A stretch of DNA of 64,000 nucleotides from Eledone cirrhosa (taxonomy: Eukaryota), in the NCBI GenBank assembly GCA_964016885.1, contig OZ024742.1, positions 127,906,001 through 127,970,000 on the forward strand, given 5' to 3'. Every line of letters starts with the position of its first letter. Position 1 is the first letter of the stretch. Below are positions 48,311-60,700 of this stretch, one piece after another. Under the pieces are notes generated by a model. It was not told the DNA's origin, ran no database searches, and worked only from the letters and a program-made list of their open reading frames with translations. The position numbers were made by a program, and so were the translations under genes.

Positions 48311-50486
48311 GGTATACTATAATTTACAAATCTCCTCAAGTTATTCTACAAGATGTAAAGGCTGCAACACAGATTAAGCAGAGAAACGCTATAGAAAAAC
48401 TGCCAATGTCTTTGTTTTTCTTCAATATTTTAAAATAAATAATCTTAGGTCTTTCAAGTGTTTAATAACCTGCTTTGTTTTTATTATTATTGATAACAAA
48501 CAATTGTTATTAAAATAAACACAGAACAGATTTGTTTTATGTGTGAAGCATCAGTAGTTTAATACCCTTCTCTCCTCTTCTCCGTTAATACGGAGTTAAA
48601 TGTCTATTCCAAGGACAATTTTCAATTAGATTTTTTTCGGTATCACTGTATTTATAAACTTTTATGGTAATTAGTCTTCGTTTTTTTTTTTACTGTGTTT
48701 TAACATTAAAAAATTAAGCACCCGATTTGCTTTTTCTTTTTTTCCACCCCGAATCCTAAATGAAATTCCATTTATTCCGAATCCTATTTACGGAAAGTTA
48801 TTATCAAGAATTAATTTCTGAATCAATAATTTGAGAATTCGTTTGTAATTTTTAGTATGTATTTTAAATATATATGTCAGTAATCTGCCACATTAAAATT
48901 TAACAAATAAATAGCATCTATTTACTCCCTGGTCATTGATATAACAATATTCTGTAAGGTAATTTGGAATCGCAGTAATAAATATTTATAATATTTACAT
49001 AACATTTGAAGATTCAGCAGACACTCGTTTTATTTTGGATTGTAGACTTATTGATATTTATATAATTTCTTAATTTTATACACCGCAATAACTTTGTAAT
49101 TCTGTTCTTACAAATCAATTTTTCTGTATAGTTTTTATTAATACTTGTTCGGAATGAATGCAAACATTTTCCAATGTATTTAGTTCATAGTTAAGTTAGT
49201 ATAAACAACAAAAATCTAACTAAGATGAAAACAACAATACCAACAACATTAATTCAAAGATTAATATTATTTTAATCATTTCAGCGGGTAAGATCATATT
49301 TCTGTATCATTACACCACCTTTAATTCTTCTTAACCTTTCCGATTCTAGCTTTATTCCGTTTTCTTCTTATTTCAATTTTTAGTGTTTTTCCTGTATTTT
49401 TTGTTTGTTTGTTTGTGGGGGAGGGGACGATAAATCTTTTATTCAGTAATATAAAAATATAATATAATGCTTACAGAACGAAAACAAACAATGTATACAA
49501 ATATAAACTCATAAAAGAGAGATTAAAAAGACATTAAAAAAAGTGCGACAATCGGTCGCACATCCCATCATAAGGGTTAACTGAACCCCGTTTAAGGCAC
49601 CCAGGGACAAGATGCTGGGCAAGGTATCTTGTCCTGTGCTCAAACACTTCTTCCAATCAATCACCTTGGACTGGTACTTTATTTTATCAACCCCGAAAGG
49701 CTAAGTTCACCTCAGTGGGGTTTGAACTCAGAACCCGTTCAAATAGAGAACCAGAACAAATACTGCAATGCATTGTTATTTATTTTTATTATTTACTTTG
49801 TACGAGGGCGGTGGATTGGCAGTGTCGGTAGAGGGTCGGACGCCATGCCTTGCAGCATAGAGTTACGGCCATTTATCATCTGAGTTCAAATCCCGCCGAG
49901 GTTAACTTTGCCTTTCACGCACTGGAGTCAATTTAATCGACTGTCCCCTCTCCCAAAATGTAAGAAACCATTATTTACTTTGTGCTTTGCTTCTGTTTAT
50001 TATTTCGTTTTAGAGCACTTCCAAATAATTCAGTCTCTTTGATTTGCAAATAGATTACATGTTTTATTCACTGTTGTTTAAAAAGAAATATAATTGTTTC
50101 TATTTTAGGCACAAGGCCAGCAATACATTACTGGTACATAAAGAAGAGGGAATGGGAAGGCTGAAAGGAAAAGAAAAAAACAGAAGCGGTTAGCAGACAC
50201 ACTGGGACCACATACAACAAAAGGCGGGCGAAAGCGGTGGACAACCGAGCCGCTACCAGAGTAAAAGATAACAGTATCGCGGGAGCACTGAGAAACCTCT
50301 GTAATTATTTTTTAGGCAAGCCAGCACGCTTGCGGTGATAGTTCATTGTTTATTCTTTCTCTCTCTCTCTCTTTATATATATGTAGTACAAAATATGTTG
50401 TATAGAAATTTGTTATTCTAAATTTAATTTATTCTACATGATGAAATCAATTCTGAATTCATAATACAAAAATAATAATAATAATA

Positions 50487-51146
50487 ATTGTTTTTACTTT
50501 TGGCACAAGGCCAGCAATTATCCTAGTGTATTACTGGTACTTTATTTTATGGACCCCATCAGGATGAAAGGCAAAGTTAACCTCGGCGGGATTTGAACTC
50601 AGGCCATAAAGGGCCGTAACTCTTTGCTGCAAAGCATGGCGTCCGACCCTCTACTGTTACTGCCAAAATAATTGTTTCTACGTTTGGCACAAGGCCAGCA
50701 ATTATCTCAGTGCATTACTGGTACTTTATTTTATCGACCACGTAAGGATGAAAGGTAAAGTTAACCTCGGCTAAAATAATAATGATTTCTAGTATAGGCA
50801 CAAGGCCAGTAATTTGGGGGAGGGGAAAGTCGATTAAATCGACCTCAGTACGTTATTGGTGCTTTATTTTATCGACCCCGTAAGGATGAAAGGCAAAATT
50901 AACCTCGGCGGATTTGAACTCAAACCGGAAAGGGCCGTAATTCTATGCTGCAAAGCATGGTGTCCGACCCTCTACCGATACTGCCAATCCATAATAATAA
51001 TTGTTTCTACTTTAGGCACAAGGCCAGCAATTACCCAGTGCATTACTGGTACTTTATTTTATCGACCCCGTAAGGATGAAAGGCAAAGTTGACCTTGGCG
51101 GGATTGTTCAAAGCATGACGTCCGACCCTCTACCGATACTGCCAAT
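50487..51146 (-). mobile_element. Tandem cluster of four family-A SINE copies (full and partial)
   Basis: Units at ~50487-50665, 50670-50772, 50785-50988 and 51000-51146. Confidence 0.85.
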
Positions 51147-51149
51147 GAA

Positions 51150-53757
51150 AATCGAAAATACAAAATTTACCACTTTTATGAAGGGAAATAAATTCTATCA
51201 CATTTGTTTTCTGGTTTGGAGTATAGACAATAAAGTTTTGTAAACAACCCATCCTGGAGCAACCAACATAAAGTTGACCATGAGAAAAGCAAGGTTCAAT
51301 TAAGTGCAAGCCAGTAGATTTCAAAGTCTAACCTTGAGCTTTATTATTTATTAGACATGGCATGTCTGTTGATTTGATTGGAATTCTTGAAAACCTCTTC
51401 ACATCCAGTGATGATGGTAGCTTCTATCTTCCTAATCAACCTTGTCCCATTGTTTAATTTAGGAGGATTTAAATTTCTTAGAAGCATTATTGGGACTCCT
51501 ACCTTCAGAAAAAGTTTATGTGTAAGAGTTCCAGGTGGCTCAAGAGAATTAAGGAACTCTGTTGGGTAGTGGACAGCTTGATTTTCATCAAGAACTGAAT
51601 CAACTGATTTGTACTCCTTAATGACTGTTGGAATCTTCATTAATTCATTGACACTTGCTACTGTCTCATTTTCTTTAGCAAGAATTGTCCTTTCACACAA
51701 GCATTTATGTGATTTATTATTACTACTTAAGTCTGGAAATACCCTGTTCTTCAATTCAGCTGGGGAATTCACCGTGATAGCAATATGAGCCAAATTGATA
51801 TCACCACTCCCATCAATTGGTACTTCCTCGTTTCCTAATTGGAGGAGCTGGGTTGAAAACTGTTCTGCACATTGGTCCCCATGTAATAAAGCTTGCATGT
51901 TAGTATTGAAGAAGAATTTCTGTACTTTATTCCATAGGTGCGAAGACTTAATGCTTGCTTTTATTTCATCAGCTCTTGTTCCTCTCGGAATGACAGATAA
52001 TGTCTGTCTGAAGTCTCTTGATAAAACTAATGTAACTCCTCCCCTAGATTTATTGTTGCTTCATATGTCCTGTAAGGTCTTATTAAGAGCTTCCATTGCA
52101 CCTCTATGTGACATGGTGCATTCATTCTAAATGATTAGGTGGCATTGGCGCAACACTTCTGCTGAACCTGAACCTTTGCTTATGTTACAAATTGGACTCT
52201 CATTTGTGACCAGGTTTAGCAGTAATTTAAAAGCAAAATGAGCTGTTCGTCCTCCCGGGAGAAGGGTGGGAGCAATGCCAGATGATGCTAAAGCAACTGC
52301 AATTCTTTTTTGTTGCCTTACCCTGGAGAGAAACAATGTTGTTACAAATATTTTACCAGTGCCACCTGGAGCATCAAGAAAGAAAATTCCTCTGCTTTTT
52401 TCTCTGACTGATGAAATAATTACTGATTGCATCGTTCAGGTGAATCTAATCTGATGCACAGAGATCTTTCTGATATATTCTAATATAAAGAAACCTTTCT
52501 CGTTCAATTTTTGCATACATATCAACTGCAAATTACTGGAAGAACTCATGTAAATGATAAAGAATATTGAAGTCTTGCTCTCTTAATATGAAAAGGTAAT
52601 CATAGAATTGCATGCAGCTTACTGCTTTTGTCAGTGAAGAAGCTCTTGTTTTAAGATCTGTTTTTTTTTAAATATCAAAGTGATATCCATCTTGGCTAAA
52701 TACACAGATTAATGGATACTGGAGTGCAACATATGATCGGTGGGTTGCATTTATCCGCTGTATCTTATTTACTCTTCCTTGACTAATAATATCTCTCTTC
52801 CCATACTCATCGCCTGTAATAATTGCTGCTACTTCATTTGGAGCAGCCTCTGTATTCAGCAATAGGCTTTTTGTCTACATCAATAACTATCTTGTATTCA
52901 GTAGGTGGAGCAGATTCTAATGCATACTTGAAGCTTCTGATGTAGCTATTGTTTGCATGCAACATATCTTGCAAATCAAAGATTAACTCTTCTTTCAAAT
53001 TTGGATGGTTAAATGACCATTGCAAAACCTGCTCCTTGTAATTTGCCACAAAATATAGCTGTAAAAACAGGATTTTTTCTTCAGTTGGCAACAAAGATCC
53101 AATATGATGGTATAGTTGACCTTGAACTTTAAAAGTTGGCTTCATGTTCCTTTCTCTTATAATATTGCTACCAAAGGAGGTCATTCAGAAAGCAGAATTA
53201 TAATTCCTAATGTTTTCAAGAAGTGTATGCTCCTTGGTGTGTTTCCCAAAAGCAATGCCTTCAAAGTATCTGGGGATGTACCAAACATTGGTAAAACAAC
53301 CGTTCCTCCACCACAAAACAGTGGTGGTTTCTCTTTCCCATTTCTTTCCTTTACAAAAATTGCACTCTTTTGACATTGCTCCAATATCAATCAATTTCTC
53401 TGTACAATAATCACGTTTTGGATCATAGTTGAAAGCTGATCTTTTCCAAGTCCCCTTGAAAGGTGCAATTCTTTTGTGAAACATAAGTTATGTTGGTGCC
53501 ACGCCATCCAGGCCGAAACAAATGAGATCGTGTAGGTGTCACGACAAAAAAACACACAGTCCACGCTGTAATGTGGCCGTGTAGGCAACACGGTAAAAAC
53601 CTCCCAGCCCCACACTGTAAATGTGGTTGGTGTTAGGAAGGGCATCCAACTAGAAAACCTGCCAGACAGTCCTATGCAAGCAAGACAATCACTCTTGCCT
53701 CAAGTGGGAATACCCCCGTCCAAACCCATGCAAGCGTGGAACACGGACGTTAAACGT

Positions 53758-53789
<32 letters not shown>

Positions 53790-54742
53790 CAGCCTATCTT
53801 CATCAAGACGCTTACGTCTCTCCTCTGAGGCGAAGTCTTGCAGCAACTGTTTGCTCCTGGTTTTTTTCTTTGTCTAATCTCTCGCTGACCTATTGTCTAA
53901 TTGGCAACTCTGGCAGCTTGTCTTTGTCTTGCATCCTTTAGACGTTTTTCTCTTTCCTTTCTTGACTCTTGGCTCCTGTGGATTGCATTTTGATTGTTCT
54001 AACCGTTTTTCTCTTGCCTCTTGTGACTAATTTGCTCTGTATGCAGCATCTCTCCTCCGGTCATTTTCATGTCTTTGCTGTCATTGTGCAGGGGACTCTA
54101 GTGACCTTGCTCTGGCTACTTGTACTCGTCTTTGCTTCACTGTAGAATACTGATCATCTACACCTACCCTGTCTCCTCTTGTAGAGAGTGAGAACATTTT
54201 TCTCAGAAACTTTTTTGAAAATTAAAATGGGGATTAAATGGAAAAATGAGTGAAAGTTACGTGAATACCTTCGCAAGAGTGATTGAAATAAATGGACATT
54301 GTGGAACGCCACACACACATACGTGTACGTACACATATTAATAGTTATTGCTTTCCTTCCCCTCTTATTTCAACACACATGTATCTACACTGACACATAT
54401 ACATACAGTATCCAACATACAGCGTCTCTCTCTCTCTTGCAACTTCTCCTATAGAACATACATACAGTATCAAACATACAGCGTTTCTCTCTCCTACAGA
54501 AATTTGTTCTCTCTGTGTTTCTTTCTCTTTTCTCTCGCATCTTCTGTAACACTTCCTCTCTTTTAGTCTGTCTGTTTCTTTCACTCTTTCTAACTCACTC
54601 ACACTATTTACATTTCTCCCGCTATTGAAAAATGTTGTGACAAACGAGGAGATGGAGGAGAAATAAAGAGCCACTTCCTCACTTTGCCTCTGTTTCTTTC
54701 TCTCCCTCATTGGCATTATGCAGACATCTGTTAATATATAGA
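51150..54742 (-). mobile_element. Decayed Helitron (Rep/Hel) interrupted by a family-B SINE
   Basis: C..C...W..E zinc region, MTSFG..FKVQGQLYH, HRSY.ALQYPL, FFLDAPGGTGK (Walker A), LLRNLNPPKL.NGTRL and FSHGQLYVGCSR; putative 5' TCTATATA end near 54742; most of Rep deleted. Confidence 0.9.
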
Positions 54743-55289
54743 TATGGTTCCCTCTTTTTTTTCTCTCTACTCATCATTTCTCAATGTCTTTCCCTGCTAC
54801 ACACACACATTTGATATCATACAGGAATTTCTCTCTTAATATTTCCATCATTTACCCACTGACTATACCTCTTTATTTCATCAAGTTACTTCTCTTTCTT
54901 CTTTCCATCCCCTCTAGCCCTAATTTATTACCTATTTGCTTATCTCTTTATTCTTTTTATCATCTCTCTCCCTAAATGTCACCGTCACTCCAGTGACTAC
55001 CCACTGTCACATTAAATTTCATTGAAATCTAAAGATTTTTGAAAAAAATATGAAAAATATGAAAAACCTTCTGTCATATATTTTGTTGAGTGTACAATTA
55101 TTTAAGAATTAAGAATTCTACTCAAAGAACCCTGAATATCTGTAAAGCCTTCCATTTTCCCATAAAGAAAGGCGTAGGTTTGCATATTTCCACAATATTG
55201 CGCCATTGATAATTAAACTATGAATAATTGTCTGCTCTAACTCTTAAAGGTCCCATTTAACGCATGATTTATGAGTTTAAAAAAACTTT

Positions 55290-55643
55290 CTGAATTTTTG
55301 CAGCCTTGGAGTAACCCTAATGGATCTATTGTGGTAATATCAAATTTCATTGAAATCGGACGAATTCTGAAAATATCGATTTTTGCCTCTGGGGGTCCAA
55401 TTAATGTAGCCCACGTTCATCCCCGGATCAAAATACACACTTGCGTCGAGTTTCATCGAAATCGGACGATTTTTGGTTTCTGGGGGCCCGATTATCGAAC
55501 ATTTCAAGTAGCCTATTCCAATCTATGGGTCGAGTTTTATATATGTGTCAAGTTTCATGAAAATCGGATGACCGGTGAAGCCTGCAAGTTCGGGACACCA
55601 AACAAACAAACAAACAACGCCCAACTTCACTTTATATATATAG
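55290..55643 (-). mobile_element. Non-autonomous Helitron/DINE-like 5' part
   Basis: ctatatatataaag..(gttt)n..ccgattttcatgaaacttg, with internal repeats. Confidence 0.55.
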
Positions 55644-57667
55644 GTATGTATATATATGGAGCACCTGGAAGAGTGAGATGTAGGCCCCTGGCTCATCAGA
55701 GAGGTCAGTAGCTCCACTTTAGTACTGACCCATCCAACCCTTGTTAGCAGGGAAAATGGAGGTTAAATGATAATGACAATAAACATATATAATCATCATC
55801 ATTTAGCATCTGCTTTCCCTGCTAACAAGACTGGATGGGTCTACATAGACCAAGTCAGTACTGAAGCGGGGTATTGGGGTAAACAAGGGGGTAGAGAGAG
55901 CAACTACGAGGGTGCAATGGTGAAGATATCTATATCATATATTTATAAGACTAATTTCCTCCATTTTCTGTTTAAGATAACATATTCAAATATATTTGAG
56001 AGACAATCAGATTTGACTTGTTTGCAAAAGGAATTTATTTGCTCTCTTCTAATTTCAAACATCTGTTTGCAGATCACCAGCCTGGAGAGTCAGTAGCCTT
56101 ACTTTAGTACTGACTTGCTAGCAAGGAAAGTGGACATTAGCCCTTTAGCATTCACATTACTCTATTGTATTTTCACTTTATCTCATAATTATCTCATCAG
56201 TATGAGCAGTCGGTCATAGCCAGTTTGAACAGAAACAGGTGAGAGAATTCAGGTTGGATGTGGCCAGTTTAAATGATGACGATGATGTATTTATTTCAGC
56301 TCCTTGCATTATAAATTGAAATTCCGTCAAGGTCAACTTTATATTTTGTGGTTCTGAGGATGATAAAATAACAATCTCCGAAAATGTCTGGGTAGAATTG
56401 TTAAATCCCCAGTATTTGAATTCTGAGTTCATATCTCACTGTATAGCCTACATTAGTGGTAGACTTAATCCGTTGCATGGTTTAAAACAACCAATTAGTC
56501 CTTGGGTGCCTTTAGTGGAATCCATTCGGTTGCAAGAAAGCAGACTAAGTTTCCAGATTGAAGATACCTTCTACCATACTTTGAGAACCTGAAAAGGGTC
56601 ATAAGCATTGCTCTTTCTCCTGACCAAATGATAAAAGAAAATACTAATATATGTTGCATTCAAATTTTATTGAGGCTCAGTAGCTGAGGATGGCTGAAGA
56701 AGAAACCTAATGGTTGGTATGCAGAACTGGCAATGTGGATTGGCAGTATCGGTAGAGGGTCAGACGCCATGCTTTCCAGCATAGTTACGACCCTTTACGA
56801 TCTGAGGTTGACTTTGCCTTTCATCCTTACGGGGTCGATAAAATAAAGTACCAGTAATGCACTGGGTAATTGCTGGCTTTGTGCCTAAAGTAGAAACAAT
56901 TATATGTATGAGGTAATTGTTGTTAAGATCCCAAGACAACTCTGATCAAACAGACCTATGATTAGAGGTATTTTAGCAATGACCATGACTGTCTACATCA
57001 TCTAATATATCCTTACGTTTTTTAAGAGGGCAAGGCATGATTCAGAGAGAATTGGCTGAACAACTATTCAGAGCCCCCTATCTATTAATATTGTTTGTCT
57101 CTTATATTATTTATTATAAGCAACGACTACGTCCTTAGATTCATGTCATTTTCTACTTGGCCTTCATTTAACTTCAGCTGACATCACAGGGTAAAAAATA
57201 AACCCCTTAAAAAAATTATGTTCTAATAAAAACTGATTGAAGTTAATGTTCTATCCTTAAAATAAAAAACGATTTCCTTTTTTAACCCTTTTGTGACTGT
57301 ATTTCTAATGAAATATACTTTATTTCAATTAATTAATGAATTTTGAGGAATTTACTAAAATTCTTATTTCATTACTAAGTAACTTAACATATGGCTCTTA
57401 TATAAAGTTATGAAAGAAGATTTAAATTTAAATAGAAACCTTTTTAAAATAGGTGGTTTTGTTTCATAGAAACATCAATTGATACTTTCTCTAGTTTTAT
57501 ATGCCAACATATATTGGTCTTTTTCATTTTAACTTCAGAAAAGATAAAAAATAATCCAGTAATATTTTGGTAAGAAAGGCTTTAATGGAAATATTACATA
57601 TCAAATCATAAAATTATGTATATTATAAAGATATCACAAATGTATTGGTGTAACAATCATTAGAATG

Positions 57668-57751
57668 TTAATCAAACAGGTCTCGATTGTAATCATCATC
57701 CTCATCATCATCAGAGCCGAATAAAGGAGGAGGTGCTTGAGGCCTCATGTA
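57668..57751 (-). CDS. FKBP15: FKBP15 last exon (YMRPQAPPPLFGSDDDEDDDYNRDLFD*)
   Basis: ttgtag| acceptor and TAA stop. Confidence 0.88.
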   Translation of the reverse strand, partial: YMRPQAPPPLFGSDDDEDDDYNRDLFD

Positions 57752-60700
57752 CTACAAAGAGAAAGAAGGGAAAAAGAAAACTAGTAATTCAGTAGAAAAA
57801 TTGTTGTAATGTAAAAAAAAAAAAAAACTAACAGGAGATTGGTCACTTACTTCTTCCATAGAATCTGCAGTTTTCAAACTAGAGTTGCTGGACCTCTTGT
57901 TTGAAGAACAGGTACCGAAGATGTCATCTGTTGAAAGTTCTCCACTTGTACTCGCTGTAAGTCTACAAATAAATAATTGTGTCAGTATGTAACAGATGTT
58001 TATTTTGTGCGGATTTAACTCTGATAAACAAACAGAAGTGTGTGTGTGTATAAATATATATATATACACACACATATATATCTGTAAATAAGATGTTGAG
58101 GAAAACAATGTTCAATGTATTGCAAGAGAGCTAATTTAGCATAATTAAAATTTCATACATTAAATATATATGCACAACCTTAGTTTCAGGGTCCAGTTAT
58201 GACCACCACTGTATAGTGGAGGAGCTGTTTCAACGTTGGCCTCTCATTGGTAGCCATAACTAGTCCCCGAAACTTTAGTTTAGTTTGCACATACATGTTA
58301 AGTGTATGAAATTTCAAATATACTATATATATATATATATAGTTTTATGTTTGCAAGTAGTAGTTGTATGAACAAAGTAAAGAGTATTTAATAGATATAG
58401 TAAATATACAGTTTTTTTTCTTTCTTTTGTTAGAGTTGACTACTGTTACATTCCTTCAAGTTTCTTTGTTGTCCTGCTTGATGAATATATCTTTGGTTAA
58501 AACTTGAAGTAATGGAATGGTAGTCAATTATGAAAATAAAAAGAAAAATAGTAAGTAATTGTTTGTTGAGTTATTGTAACAATACTGCCGAAAAAAGCAA
58601 ACTATTAACATTAGAAAGAACAAACAATCCTGTATAAACTATAATCTTTTAACAATTATGTAATTCTTTATATACATTGTCTTCTTTACTTTTCTATGGT
58701 AATATTTCTTAGAGGATGTGTGCCGATGTAAACTATATATATAACTGAGTCAAGTAGAATTAAATGTCTTCTCCCAAGACACAGTGCCATCCATGCCTGC
58801 AGCTGGACACCATCAGATGATTTGCAAGACAGGAATCTGGAACCAAGTTCCATTACCTTTTGTATGTCACCTAACAATATCAGTATTAAAGTAACATGTT
58901 TATATATGTGTTCTCCTAAAGCTTAAAAAATTAGATTAAAATGAAAAAAACCTTCATTCTGTTCTTCATTTTAATGTTGATAGATTTATTCTCATAAAAC
59001 AAAAAAGGAAGAATCAAACATAGAAAGAAAATGAGTTTCTTTAACTAGAAAATATGAAAATCACTTTGTGCTTTTTTGGGGTGTGTGTTAAAGGTTAGTT
59101 TTTAATTAAGAAAATAATCAGGGATCAGTTTGGTTTTAAGGTTTGTTAATATATTATGGGGTATTAAAGAAAGGTTTAAATATTAGTTAAAAGGATGAAT
59201 TAGAATGGGATTTTATGAAGTGATGATTGCACAACTATCTCACTTTTGTAGGTTGTTTGAGAAGCCCACAATATTTGAATTTTGTTTTTCAACAGAAATA
59301 TCTATCATTGGAATTGAATATGATAAACTTGAGGAATTTTGACTGAATAAGGGGTTGAGGAGATGATTATATTAACAAATATTGTGGACATCTTTAATGG
59401 CTTATAGTGGTATAAAGTTTAGGTTAAGCAGATGAAAATAAGTAAGTATTAATATTAAATTAACAAGGAAGTTAGGATAGACTAAAAAGAAACCTCAATC
59501 AGTCCAATGTTCTAGTGACCCTTTACAGAGAATTGTAAAGGTAAGAACAACGTTTTCTATTTAGAGTTGTCAGAATCAGAAAAAGGAAAACCACATGAGT
59601 ATCAACACTCATGTAAAGATTAAAAGTATTAGAGGGAAAAGATTTTGATGATTCAGCGTGAGGAGTTAGCGTGCTAACAGGTACATACAAAGCCTTACGT
59701 GATAGTTGGAATTACTTCATCACTGTCCCATGAAATACCATCAACAATTTTCACATGTTTCTTGTTTTCTACGTTATCTGTTACATCGTCACTTTTAATC
59801 ATTTTATCTTCATTTGATTGTTCAAGCTTTTCTGCAGAAATATTGCTGTTAACATTTATTTCTTCAATGTCAATCTGTTCTGGTTGTTTAATTGATTTTT
59901 TATCAACAATACCATCATCAGTCATGTCTTCATTATCATTTGCAGGAACATCTGTAGTTTTCTTGTGATTATCCTCAAAGTTATTGTTGTCAATGTTACA
60001 GTCTGCATAAGAATCATATTCACTTGAGTCCTGCTCTAGTTGACTTTTTTTCATATTTGAATTGTTTTCTAAAAATCAGGACAAATCCATTTTTTTTAAA
60101 AAGGTACATACAAGGTAAAGTTGTATAACTAATCTACATTTTATAATCTAGCCATAAAATCTCATGAATGTATTGTTATTTATAAACTTTTTCAATTAGC
60201 CTGTGGGCAATAACAGTTCTAGTAAACAAATACTTTAAGTTTATGTTTAAATCCAGAAAAGCTATCTCCCTGCAATTAAGCTTCTTTTGTTCCAAATCTT
60301 TTTTTTAAAAAAATCCTAACTAAATGCCATTATTGGGCTGGATTGGCAGTATCGGTAGAAGGTCTGACGCCATGCTTTGATGCACAGTTACGGCCCTTTA
60401 CGATCTGAGTTCGAATCCCGCTGAGGTTAACTTTGCCTTTCATCCTTACGGGGTCGATAAAATAAAGTACGAGTAATACACTGGGATAATTTCTGGCCTT
60501 GTGCCAAAAATAGAAACAATTATTAGGTTTCAGTTCGAGCGAGGAATTGGCAGTATCGGTAGAGGGTCGGATGCCATGCTTTCCAGCATAGTTACGTCCC
60601 TTTACGGTCTGAGTTCAAATCCCGCTGAAGTTAACTTTGCCTTTCATCCTTACAGGGTCGATAAAATAAAGTACCAGTAATGCACTGGGGTAATTGCTGG

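Noticed and set aside
50487-51146. Repeat array resembling CRISPR
   Set aside because: The units are ~180-bp SINE copies without unique spacers, in a eukaryotic context with no cas genes.
51344-52432. Host PIF1 helicase gene
   Set aside because: Intronless, frameshifted and linked to Helitron N-terminal motifs.
58440-58530. Possible extra FKBP15 exon
   Set aside because: No AG after the pyrimidine tract, and the flanking exons already join in phase.
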